Of a DNA stretch of 64,000 nucleotides, positions 52,161 to 64,000 are shown piece after piece (position 1 is the stretch's first letter; every line of letters starts with the position of its first letter). The stretch comes from Camelus ferus (Eukaryota), in the NCBI RefSeq assembly GCF_009834535.1, contig NC_045696.1, positions 49,168,001 to 49,232,000 on the forward strand. The letters run 5' to 3'. Made by a program: the position numbers and the translations under genes. The notes under the pieces were generated by a model that saw only the letters and a program-made list of their open reading frames with translations, did not search any database and had not been told where the DNA came from.

Positions 52161-52313
52161 TTAAGGGGGGCTGGGGACAGGTAATTAGGTTTGTTTGTTT
52201 GTTTGTTTATTTGTTTATTTAAAAATAATTTTTAATTGAGGTACTGGGGATTGAACCTAGGACCTTGTGCAAGCTAAGCATGCGCACGACCACTGAGCTA
52301 TACCCTCTCCACT
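52161..52313 (-). mobile_element. tRNA-Ala-derived SINE (vic-1-like) with 16-bp TSD
   Basis: aggtaattaggtttgtttg...gaggtactggggattgaacctaggaccttgtgcaagctaagcatgcgcacgaccactgagctataccctctcc. Flanks are tgcttatctttctctt (52145-52160) and tgctcatcattctctt (52314-52329), 14/16 identical. Confidence 0.9.
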
Positions 52314-55300
52314 TGCTCATCATTCTCTTAACAGTGATTATTGAAGAGCAGAATTTCTTAATTTTGATGAAATCCAGTTAATATGATTGCAATGCAATGC
52401 CATACTTTCTCTCTGGAATGGGGGTGGTAATACCTATTATTGTTTCTATTAATATGGTTAATATACTTTTATGATACATCATTTTATTTTTCCTATATAA
52501 GCTTCATTGACAGTAAATTTAATGAATTAATTCAAAGACAGTAGTTTTTCGTGGTCACTAGAGTTGCTCCAATATCTAGTAACCTCAGGAGATATAAATA
52601 CTGTAAGTAATTCTCATCTCACCAAGAAATATAGATATTAAGAAAGTGGTACATGAAGGAAAAATATTTGAGTCATGTTGTTAACTCTTATTTTTAGTAG
52701 CATCAGATGAGATTAGCAATCTTGTTATAATAAGAAGATTCAAATTCAGTTATTTTGACTTAAGTAAATCATAGAAATACTCTAAGAAAGTTTATTTTAG
52801 ACTTACTGTATACATATAAACCAGTGCTGATCTGGGGATCCTGGAGTGATGATTTCTAGTCAATAAAGATTCTGGGTATAATTGCATTTCAGTATTTTTA
52901 ATGTATCAGCAACATCAGTGCATTATGTGATTTTTCAGGAAGGAGTTGAAATCCTCTGACCTTGATTCTTACTGTTTCTGATTTGTAGTTTAACTGCCTG
53001 AGTGGGAAAGTTAGGACTATCTTAAGAAAGAAAAAAAAAAGTTATGCAAAATAGTTCCCTCAGAACTATTTCTAATACAGACTGAATTATTTCACTCAGA
53101 TTAAATGAAAAACAAAACAAACAAAAAAAAAGAGCTGGCTTCATCCCAATCACCAATACTCAATACTGGAAAAAAAAAAAGTAGATGATTAAAATAAAAG
53201 AATTAAATGTTGGTCTTTTGAGATGTTCTGAGTGAGCCAGAGAGAACATCTAATTCACATCTTTTATAAAACTTTCTATAGTATAATTCCACTTGGTCCT
53301 ATCTTTGTTAAGAACATCTCATCTTCTTCCATTGAATCTATAAGTAAGTTATAAGAACTGATTCATTATAAAAATGATATACTCATTATTTGTACTTAAT
53401 AGATGTGTATTTGTGAGTCCTCTATTTTCCTATTTTCTTAATTATAAGCCCTTGGAAACAGAAACCATGGTACTACCTTTGTAACCTTCCTTGATAACTA
53501 ATGAACTGCTCTGTACAGAGGCTACTCAGTAATTGTTGTTGAGTTGCAGTGATAGTGAAATTAATTCTTTACAAAAACAATTTCCCAAGCTAGCAGGTTA
53601 TTCCAGGCATTTGGCAGGAACAAGCAGGACATCAGAATCTATAGCAGTGTCACCTCATCCTTCTGGCTGTGTAACACCTAGAAATTTTGTTTTAAACAAC
53701 TTGGAAATTTTATAACCAGTACAACGTTGTTTTTAAATAAGATGGTGTAATTAGGTACCAATCTATAATATCTTATCATTTCGAAAGAATTAATTACTGT
53801 CAATGTACAGTAACTGGAAATGAACTTCATCTTTTTAAAGTTGCTACCAAAATACTTTAACATGGTTTATGAGGTGCTATAAAGTAAAGTCTGAAACATT
53901 AACTCAGATGTAATGCTAAACTTTGGGAAAATAAAAACTTTTAATTGCTTAATGCTACTTGGGAACTCCTGCGAAAAGGTATTATTCTAACCATTAATTC
54001 ACATAAATTGTGTGTTTTCCCTAGGGTTTTAAAGAATTAAATTTAGACTATTCATACTTAAGACACAATCAGAACATTAAATTTTGAGTGGTTTATTTGA
54101 GATCTGTGTTAAATTCACACTGCCATCAGGGAGCTATAAGCCTTGATTAGAGGTGACTGTTGATTGACTCAGAAATAATAAGAAGTAAAAGAACTATTGA
54201 AGTTAAACAAAGTAAGCTAAGAACAATGAAATTTCCTTCCAGATTTTAAGGGACCTAATAGCATTCTTTATTTAAAAGCTTTCATGTTCTTTATTGGGAG
54301 CAGTTCTTTTTTTTTTTTTTTTTTAAGTATAGAGCAGTCTGGACAGAGAGCTGAGTTATTTTAAATGTTCACTAAATTGTTTTCAGAGAATAGACTTCTT
54401 ATTTGTGAACTAAATTTTACATAGACATTACCAATCTAACTTTATTTTGAATTTGGCTACTTAGTCTTAATTTTAGTCCTGGCAAATTGTTGTTTTGGAA
54501 TTTTTTAACATGTTAAAAATAAAAAAAAAATTAAAAAACAGTAAAGGCCACAAATGGACTTTTGAGGGAATAATATAAATAATATGTTATTTTAGGTAAG
54601 TACCAATATGTCTAAACTTACAGTGTTCATTCAGTGAATTATAGTGAGCCAAGCTGAGGGAGGTTTTTTAGACTCTTCTTAAGTAGATTCATTACGGAGT
54701 CCTTGGTTAAATTAAGCTGTCCTAAGTGGAGCGCTGCTTTAGGCAGTTACTTTCGTATTGTGTTGGGGGCAGTGCCAGTGAGGCCTCCATGCCTGCCACA
54801 GAGCCTGACTTACCGTCAGAGAATAATAGTAATAGAGATTAATGGGGATTAGTAGTGATTAATTTAGTAATCTGTTACTGCCTGTTAACATGAAAACACT
54901 GCAGGGAGACCATGTCAGGCTATTAATTATTATCAAAACCTTCCTGACATATTGATTGTTACAAGAATCTTTTATCCTAGAATTTCCAGGATGACCCTGA
55001 TATCAAATATTCATTCCTCAGTGTCTGGTTGTATATAATAGTGCACCCGCCCCAATTTTGAGACTGCTGTTTCTGTAAGAGACTTCCCTTGTACTTCTGA
55101 CTTCTCTACTACTCCCAGGCCTTTTCTCCAATCTCTTAGTAGCCTCTTTCTCCATTTCTGATCATTCCTATTTAAAATACTTTCCTCCCGTAATTAAAAT
55201 GGCTCATATATCACAACCTCTGAAAAATCTTCCTAAGGTAATTAGAAGAATATCTAATTTATAATAAAACATACCCATGTGAACTGTAGTAAAAGTACTT

Positions 55301-57927
55301 ATCACTGTGATAGTCACTTTGGAGAGTGAAATAGGAGGCATTAATCTTATAGAACTTGAAGAGGTGGAGAGTAACCTGAGTTGTAATGTTATGATTTGCT
55401 ATGTATTGTTTAATATTTCATTTTTATTCTCTATTTCATAAAATAATGGAGTAACTAGAAAACAGCATAGGATACATTTAGAAAGGAGTCAGAAAATGGG
55501 TAGTTGATACTTAATATAAAACCAGTTCATTTAATGACAAATTTACTGAATACTTCACACACTTTTGCTTTGAATTGATTCCAGTTTCTTAAATAAGATG
55601 AAGTTAGAATGAACATTTTCAGTAACATAAAATTTTAAGTTTGAAACCTCTTAAATCTGAAGAAAGCATATTTGAATGAACTAACTTAAACCCTTTTAGA
55701 TAGTCCATTGGTTTATTAAAAAAAAAAAAACCTCAATGATAACACACCGGCCATATATTTTTAAGTGCTACAAGTTAAAAATCAGTTAGAAATACTAAAT
55801 TAAATTCAAGATGTTTATTGATTTAGAAATCTTTACAATGCCAAAAATCAAGAATTTAAAAAAATCTAATAGGTGAAAAAACATTCCAAGGGATTTGACT
55901 CTAGCTTTTCCTTGGGTGAGTTAACATTAGTCGTTTGACCTAGTGCCACTAAATTATTCCATTTTTCTTCTGTGAGTCTGAGACTCACCTAAACTGTCTT
56001 GGCAGTTTGTCAGATGGATTTCCATAGTTACCAAGCTACCATAGTACCGATTTCCTGTTTCTAGGCAGGATAGTAGACACAGTTACCACTTTCTTTCCCC
56101 AGAGACATGCTGTCACTACTGGTTAAGTTCGGTTGTGGCATGATTCCAAATTTATTTTGTTGATTCTTTGGCACATATTCTCAAACCAAGATGTTGGTCC
56201 CTCAAATTTATGTACTCTTTGTTTGCTTTACTGGTATTTGCTTAATAAGAAATATATTCAGGGCAAACAACTATCCTATTGTTGACTAAGTGTTGTTAAT
56301 ATATTGATTGCTTGCTATTTGGGAATCTGATTCTGAAAAGAAATAAGCCCCAAAGTGACATATGTGTTTCCTTGGGCATGTAAATTGAAAAGTTAAACTT
56401 ATGATCAGACTAAACAGTATTTTATTAGTGAGGAATTAGTAAGACTCATTGTTGGGGGGAGAACCTTATCTGGAGTGTTACTTTAGTTTGAATCATTGAG
56501 GCTACCTTACAAATATTTTTTGGAAATCATCAAAGCGGTTAAAATCATTTCCATATTTACAGAAATGCACAACTTTCTTTACCTTTATATGCTGATTACG
56601 AGCAAATACATGTGTAACACACTCAAGAGCTCTTATGGTGAATTCTTTTAGGTCTGTTTCTTGTTTTCAAGAGCCCAGCTTCAGTTCATTTAGTATTTCT
56701 GTGATTACATAATTGCTGTTTAGTTTTTCCACAGAGCTGAACTCCTTGATGATTTCCTGTTGATTTGGGGAGTATAATTTTTCTTTATAGTTTTAGAAAA
56801 CAGAGCTAGGACCAGAAGGTGAAGGACACAGGAACATAGATTTGAATACTCAGTATAAAGAAGACCTCTCTAGTAGTTGGGTCTGCTGATAAAGGGGTTG
56901 ATATCTAGTACATGTTTCCCAACTGGCCGTGTTGAAAGGACTCAGCTATTGTCTTTTGTTGTATTTCTGGAGGAGGCATTTCTGCATTGGGAATAAAGTT
57001 GAATTTTAAGGCCCATTCTAGTTCTATCTCTTGACCTTTTTTTTTCCCCCTGAGAAAATAATACTGATGGTAGATTGAAAAATAATCGGTGTTACTTGGG
57101 ACCAATGTCCTACACAGATAATTCAGTGTGATTCTGAGTGTAATATTTAACTAAATAATTGATTAGTCAGCTAGTGAGTTACTAAAAGCAGACTGGAAGT
57201 AACTGACTATTCTATGCGTGTTTTCACTGAGTTTAATCTCAAGATCTATTACCATTTTCATATAATATTATTGAGTATTCATAAAAATCAATTTGACATA
57301 AGCAAAAATTATTTAAAGTTTTTAAACTTTTTTTAAAGAATAAAAAGATTTTCTTTTTAAAATGCAAATTATACATTGTTTTATGGTTGGTTTACCATTA
57401 TAACCGTTTGACTGCTCACATACATACTAAAGCTTAAAATACACTTTGAATGAAATCTTTACAGTACCTTTAACTACAGTGAATGTTAGATGAGACATAA
57501 AACTTGCTAACTGCAGAATATTTCATGCACATAAGTAACTTTGGAAGAAAGAGAATTGTTAAAGTTCTTTAAAAGGAAATACTTAGCTTTATAATGATTC
57601 CTATTTTAAATTCATTGGTGCTTTACAAAGGTAATAATCTCAATTTCAAATGTTTGTCGGGCAGCAATTATTTAAGCTATCAATCCTGTTTATTGAAAGA
57701 AATGCCATGTAAATGTATTTGAATCATTTAAATGCCTTATTACTGATGTATGTGTTCCCATGGAAACCACAAATACCCCATTAGAAATATGTTAAAGTAA
57801 TGGCTTCACTTTTAAGCAGAACTTGAAAAATTGCAGGCTGTATTCAAAAAAGGTAGCGACAAGGTTGAAAAATTTTGCTGTGGTTACTTCCTGCTGAGGT
57901 ATAAACTACATGTAAAATTGTAAAACC

Positions 57928-57952
57928 GTGTGTGTGTGTGTGTGTGTGTGTG
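57928..57952. repeat. (GT)12 microsatellite
   Basis: Directly visible. Confidence 0.95.
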
Positions 57953-58045
57953 CACGCACGCAATTTGCAAAACAATTTAATCGTACTAGAACACAAAAAC
58001 ATGGAATAGAAAAGGGAAAAAGTATAAACTAGATTTATTAGAGTT

Positions 58046-58157
58046 AAAAAATTCAAGTTTTTCTTTTTGAAACTATGGAAATTTTTTTCAAATTTTTTTG
58101 ATCCACAGTTCGTTGAATCCTCAAATAGGGAGCCTGTGGTTATGAAAGGCTGACTGT
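58046..58157. mobile_element. MER2 terminal fragment
   Basis: aaattcaagtttt...gatccacagttcgttgaatcc...aaggctgactgta. Aligns by eye to 15924-16034 of this window. Confidence 0.8.
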
Positions 58158-59769
58158 ATAGACTTTTCATCAAAGAAGATAAACTAATGGCCAATTAGAA
58201 CTTCACTTTTTATAAGCTTACTTTTGTATTTGTTTAATTTATATAAAAGCAACTTATCCTTTAATTTATTTTCCATTTTTGCTCTACTAGGTTAATTTTC
58301 ATTATTCTGTCCTTATGTCTCAAAGTACTGTATATACTTTGAAGTCCAAATACCAAAATTGTTCTTAGAGTGTATACTCTCTTTCCTGTTACAATGCTTG
58401 TATACAGGGACTTATAACGAATATGTAATACAGTTTTGGATGCTGTAAGAAGTGACTCAAGTTTATATTTTTATTTTAAAGTTCTCTGCAACTGAGTAAT
58501 CCTGTTCTTGATGGTAGTATTTTTTTTCCCATAATGTACTAATTGCCACTGATCCACAGTACATAGTTTTTTAAAAAAACAAAGATGTGATGTTATGGGT
58601 TACCTAACCTGCTACACTTGCATTAACAATTTTACTAGCTCCCGAGGCATTATATTTTATTTTTGATAATTAACATTGCTAGAAAATTAGAAATCTTGCT
58701 ACCTTTCAACTTAGTTAGTCCCGATTCTGATTTCTATAATACTTAAAATTCTTTTAGGCCTTTTAAGCTGCAGCTATTAAGAACATATTTCTTTTACCCC
58801 AGATCCTTTTTTTACACACCTCAAATGCTTACAACAACCCTTCAGAAATTGTTTGATAGCTTTTCAAATATGTAAATTCTTCTGACTTGCTCTCAGTATG
58901 TTTAAAAACCAACTTGAGTGTTTACAGGGTTTTCAGTCATTCCTTGTATGATACAGTTTATCTTCCCTCTCTGGTCCCTCTCCTCTGAGAAAGTTCTAAT
59001 TTAGTATTTCTCATGAAATATGTTTTCTGGAATGAAATGCAATATTCCAGGATTGTAAGTGCCAAATATATTTGGACTATAACCTCTTCTCGTCTAATAT
59101 CTGTACATCTGTTAAAATGGTCTGCTTTCATTCATGTGTGTGTGTATGTTTGACAGCCTGCCACAAAGGATTGTCCTTTCAATCCAAACATCTTCCTTTC
59201 AGTTATATTGATTTTTCTTAACTTAATTATGTTTTTCTCCATTAAATTTAACTTTTATTTTAGATCAAAATTCCAATCTATTGCAGATTTTTTAACTAAT
59301 ATAATAAAAATTCAGAAACTGTGATTTTTTTTTAATTCCCTGAGCTGGTGTGAGAAGAAATAGGTAACCGAAGTGATATGTCTTAGAATAAGTAAATGAG
59401 ATGTCAAGATCTATTTGGATCATCAAAATCAGTTATTGTAACATTCATGCCTCTGTACTGCTTATTTTCCCCATGCTCCATATCAACACTTTTTTATGTC
59501 ATTTTTTTTCTTTGTACTTTATATGCTTTATACTGTGTAGATTTTTCAAAATATGGGCTCATATTTTCTAATTTTAAAATCTATAATTAAGAAATTAAAA
59601 CTATTAGGAGAAAAAATAGAATGGGGTATAGGGAAAAGCAATTGTTGAGAACAAGAGTAGAGAAAGAATGAACTTGCATCTCTGATAATCCTGAAAGTAG
59701 GGAAAACTGTGAAGTTGTAGAATACAAGTGAAGTGGGGAGGAAATAAAATATGTATGGGTTCTAAAGCT

Positions 59770-60877
59770 TTTCAAACACAATCTGATGGTGAAGGATGTG
59801 TTATACTCAGAAGGTATTTATTTGGACTTTCAAAGAAAAATTCGTGCCCAAAGGTTGTTAGTCTGGGACTACACCCACCTTTTTCTAGTGGTTAAGTGCT
59901 GCCACTTGGCTCTGCCATCCTAGGATGCCATTTTCTCCATTTAATTTAGAAGCCCTGTTCATTGACAGCAGTACCTAGTCATTCTTGGCTTACAGAGATA
60001 GAGCTCTTCAGTGATGCCAGAGCCCCCCTCATGAATGCATTTCATACAGAATTGGTCAAGAGATTGTTCTCAGGACTCTCCCAGAGGGCACAGTTAGGTG
60101 ATCGCTAAACAGGCCTCACATGATAAGTCCACCTTAACATTTGGTCTCCTTAAGATTTGGATACTTTGCTTTATAGTATACCAAGGAAATGCTAGAATTT
60201 CACCTTCCTTTAGTGTAGTCCGCTTTTGGGCCTGGATTTCAGTCATCTAACCAAGCTGTTAGAGCTACTATTGCCAGCCACTTGATATACTGAATCAAGA
60301 ATCTTGACTTAGTACATCTGTATTAAAGATGTTTTGTTCGGCTCAACATTATACTCTTTCTACCTGATTCAAAACCCTTAGCATCTATTTCCACATAGGT
60401 TCTGAAGGTTTCTATCTCTGTAAACTGACAAAATTTTGCCATTTCTGGGAGGTGGAGGCACACTTTGTTGCTTATCCTAAGGTAAGTTGATGAAGAATTT
60501 TAAACAATTCCTTTAAAAAAAAAATCTTTCATATACAGCTAAAAGAAAATAGCTGGCTGGCACCTACAGAGTGCTGCCTAGACATCACCTAAGGTAAATC
60601 TACCATTCCATTATTTATATAATTCTTTTCTACATCATCACAGGCAGCAGTGCTTCTAAACTTTATCCTGCTATACTATAAGTTTCCCTTTCCTTCAGCT
60701 TCAATAGCATTTTCCTAATCTTTCTTTAAATGCACACCAAAAGCCTCCTTGAAGGTCATCCAGCTTCTATTATCTCTTCAGTGCCCTTCCAACTATTGCC
60801 TGTAGTCTTGTCCCAAAGCCACTGCCACATGTTTTAAGGTTTTGTTATACAGCCTCTCATTTCCAGCTAGCAAAATC
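59770..60877 (-). mobile_element. MaLR internal sequence (MLT1-int-like) adjoining its LTR
   Basis: cccaaagccactgccacatgttttaaggttttgttatacagcctctcatttccagctagcaaaatc is the characteristic LTR-adjacent end of MLT1 internal regions. The left boundary is uncertain. Confidence 0.7.
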
Positions 60878-61300
60878 TGTTGCTTTTCTGTTGCTGCATA
60901 GTAAACTACTTAAATTTAATGGCTTAAATGGACAATAATCATTTGATTACTATCATGTTCTAGGAGCAGTTAGGTGCCAGTGGGTGGTTATTGCTCAGAG
61001 TTTCTCGCAAAGTTTCAGTCAGATGGTGGCTGGGACTGTAGACATCTGAAGGCTCTGATGCAGGGGTGGGAAGACTCCAAAACAGTTGGAGGTTGGAACA
61101 GTTTATACTCCTGCCCCCAAAGATCTCTCTCCCTCTCTCTCATTCTTTCTGCATACTCTCCACCATAGCTTCTGGGCAGCTAGATTTCTTACATGGCAGC
61201 TCAAGATTCAGGGTTATGAGGTAAGGTGGTGACACGGACTGCTGGGGAACTATATTCTGTTAAAGCATATGTGACTGGAAGTAATGTTTCAGCTATTTTT
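60878..61300 (-). mobile_element. Old MaLR LTR (MLT1H/J-like)
   Basis: tgttgctgcatagtaaactacttaaatttaatggcttaaa, cagtcagatggtggctgggactgtagacatctgaaggct and gatttcttacatggcagctcaag. Confidence 0.75.
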
Positions 61301-62321
61301 GGAAAATACAGTTTGCTTCCTTTATGTGTTCTCTTGTATCAGAGCCTCTTGAAGGATATAAATATAAAACTAAAAGTCAGTAGATATCAATATAGGAATG
61401 TAAATCTTTGCAAGACTTGTAATGTCACTTTACAATCTGTTTACATTATATTTGCATTGTAGTTGCCATACATTGTTGGATAGTCACAACATTTCATAAC
61501 CAATGAGAGACTGAAGGCAAAGACTTTAATGCTGATGAGAAAAAATTAAGTAAGAAAAAAATGTCTCAGTAGGAATTCACTCATTCATGCTTATTTTCAT
61601 GTCACAATGATGTTTTCTTTTCTGTGTAGTGTCATGACTGCAATTACATGGATAGATATTTTGAGAAAGAGGATTTCTTATTTTTCATACACAGATAGAA
61701 GGGATCTGATCTGTAAGAATAAATGGCATAATTCAAAATCAGGAAAAGATTGCCCAGTGGAAGAAGTGGAACAAATAAAAACTAAGAATACTATCAAAGT
61801 AAATCTTTAAAAAAAAAAAAGTCCAATAAGAATAAAGAATTACTGTCTGTAAAGCAAAAAAGAAACTTAAGTACAAAAGTACAAAGTGGGAAAGGTAGTT
61901 ATATTTCAGAAGTAATTGGGCTTGAAATCAAGTTAATGAAACTAGAATGAATATTAGAAAATTAGCAAAATACCATAGTTCCAAGAAAGAAATCTAAAGT
62001 CTGTTGTTCCTTGTACTTATTTTTTTTGAATCTGAAACTTGTATCCATCCATTTACCATTTTAGAAGTCTAGTTACCATGACACTTTATTATTTACATAA
62101 AATTTAATATTTAATTGTATCAAATAAAATTATATTAACTGAACATTTATATGCTATGTCTTGAAGCCACCTCCCATGTGGAGTCCTTTGGTCTTATTTC
62201 TCTGAGCTATACACGATCATGTACTGCCCTGAGTCTTGGAGAGTCAGCCTTCAGAGGGGATTTCTTACCCCACATTCCCACCACTGACAACTACTGTGAC
62301 TGAAGTAGAGGTATCCGACTA

Positions 62322-62685
62322 TGTGTGTTAGTTTCCTAGGGTTGCCTTAACAAGTTACCATAAACTAGGTGTCTTTAAACAATGGAAATTTATCCTCTGA
62401 CAGTTTTGGAGACACAAGTCCCAAATCAATGTGTGTGTGCAAGGTGTCTGGAGGCTCTAAAGAAGAACCTGTTTCATACCATTCCACTAGCTTCTGGTGG
62501 TTACCAGCAATTCTTGGCTTGTAGTCTTCTTCACATGATGTTCTCCCTTTGTGTCCAAATCCCCCTCTTATAAAGACAACAATCATTGGAGTAAGGGCCA
62601 CCCAAATCCCATATGACTTCATTCTAACTTGACTACATCAGCAAAGATCCCATTTCCAAATAGGGTCACAGTCAGGTACTGGACT
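62322..62685 (-). mobile_element. MaLR solo LTR (MLT1B/C-like)
   Basis: tgtgttagtttcctagggttgccttaacaagttaccataaactaggtg...cttataaagacaacaatcattgga...atttccaaatagggtcaca. Confidence 0.85.
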
Positions 62686-63459
62686 TAAAGCAAAGGAATA
62701 TTTAAGTGATGGGACATTTTATGCATGTTTCATCTTTTATTGTCAAAATTTTTACTATTAAAACAGCTAAGTTTAACCTCAATCAAGAAGCAGATAATTC
62801 TTTTAGCATTGTTCATTTGGCAAAGATGCCACCATATGGATATCCTGGTATCTTTGCCAATTAAATTTTTCAAGCAAAACAAATTTCACATAATTTGTTA
62901 CATCTTTATTACTTACAGAATGAGAGGGATTTCTTCAAAATGGCTTTCCTAAAAGAATTATAATAATACACCTATGGACAGAATGTTTGAAACTGACCCA
63001 TATTTCCTGTTTATTTTGAAGAATTGACTGACTAGCCATTGGCAGAGCAGAGGAAGCCTTTGAAATTGTGGTTGTCCCAGAGGGCTAATTTGACTGCTTC
63101 ACACATGCTTGTGAAATTTAAAAAAATAGTAACTTACACAAATAAGTAACTTGGTTACTTTGACTGGACATCACTGCTTCATAAGTTTGTTAGCTGCACA
63201 ATGGAAGACAAAAGTTATGGAATAAGAAATTTGTAATGATTAAGATACTGTATATTTCAAGAACAATATTTGGGAAATCACTTGGTCTGACTTGTAGACA
63301 AATGTGTTGAATAAAATAATTTTAAAAGCTCTTCCGATACTGAAGTTACATCCATATCTATATATAATTATATATAGCATACATAAGTATATAATGAAAA
63401 AATATATTTTTATCTTCAGGTAGGATTTTTTAGGTGATTTTTTTTTTTTTGCCTTCATG

Positions 63460-64000
63460 GCTTTTATTTATTTTTTCAGCTTTATTGAGGTATAACTGAC
63501 AAATAAAATTATAATATATTTAAAGTATGCACTATGACAATTTGATACATGTATACATTGTAAAAGGATTCCCACCACTGAGTTAATTAACACATCCATC
63601 ACCTCACATTTTACTTTCTTCTTCTTCTTTTTTTTTTTTTGGTGTAAACACTTAAGTTCTATTCTCTTAGTAAATTTCAACTATGCAATTCAGTATTATC
63701 AACTATAGCCACCATATTATATGTTAGCTCCTCAGACCTGACCTGAAACTTTGTATTCTCCTATCAGCCACTCCCTATTTCCCTCTTGTTTTGTTCCTAA
63801 TCTTATGATTTTAGTTAAAATATACATCTTTTTTGTTGTGAATCCATTAAGAAATTGTAACTAAAATTTTTTTAATACTTTTGCCCTTTATCCTTTTTGC
63901 TGGAGTTAAGTGGTAACATACCATCATATTACAATAGTATTCTAAATCTGACTATATACTTATCCTTACCAGTGTTGTATATTTTTATGTGTTTTATCTC
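63460..64000 (-). mobile_element. LINE-1 (L1MA-like) 3' end joined to inter-ORF-like L1 sequence; runs off the window
   Basis: cagctttattgaggtataactgacaaataaaattataatatatttaaagtatgc...aagttctattctcttagtaaatttcaa (L1MA 3' end). From about 63790 the text resembles the L1M ORF1/ORF2 spacer (tattctaaatctgactatatacttatccttaccagtg). Confidence 0.75.

Larger units (their letters stand above)
50785..52385 (-). mobile_element. LINE-1 3' portion (L1MB/MC-like) hosting a nested LTR and SINE
   Basis: ttttactgaaatacaattggcatacaacaaactatacatatttaaaatgt (L1 3' terminus) and cattcacctgttgatggacatttg. L1 text resumes after each insert. Confidence 0.88.

Noticed and set aside
41274..64000. Final beta exon (expected to end in an EHYV-like motif) or another protein-coding gene
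   Set aside because: No matching frame was found by eye or in the ORF track. The short ORFs here are low-complexity or transposon-derived.
1..64000. CRISPR arrays, operons, or prokaryotic defence or mobile systems
   Set aside because: The sequence is a spliced mammalian gene with mammalian repeats. No regularly spaced repeat-spacer array or dense ORF packing was seen.

Overview
AT-rich, CpG-poor mammalian genomic DNA covering the middle and 3' part of NECTIN3 (PVRL3/CD113) on the + strand. Exon 1 and the promoter lie upstream of the window. Present are four Ig-domain exons (7514-7855, 14318-14614, 17710-17827, 21578-21729) and the alpha-isoform terminal exon (CDS 27410-27990, ending in the afadin-binding EWYV), followed by a 3'UTR of about 3.3 kb. 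Two alternative exons for the beta/gamma isoforms follow (38891-39029, 41159-41243), with an in-frame gamma read-through stop at 41265-41267. I did not find the last beta exon, so it probably lies downstream. All splice phases join into an intact reading frame. The remainder is intronic transposon debris: L1, HAL1-like, L2, MIR, MaLR LTRs, Tigger1, MER2, MER5, MER20 and Charlie. Three tRNA-Ala-derived SINEs resemble the camelid vic-1 family, suggesting camel, alpaca or llama. I see no evidence for a wholly new multi-gene system. The most interesting signals are splice-site architecture (a secreted frame, a tandem donor that creates a stop, a stop directly followed by AATAAA), a templated local insertion inside a MER20, a candidate enhancer or antisense exon at about 54.7-54.96 kb, and an L1 that appears to lack ORF2. 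Repeat family names come from recalled consensus motifs, not from a database search, and repeat boundaries are approximate.
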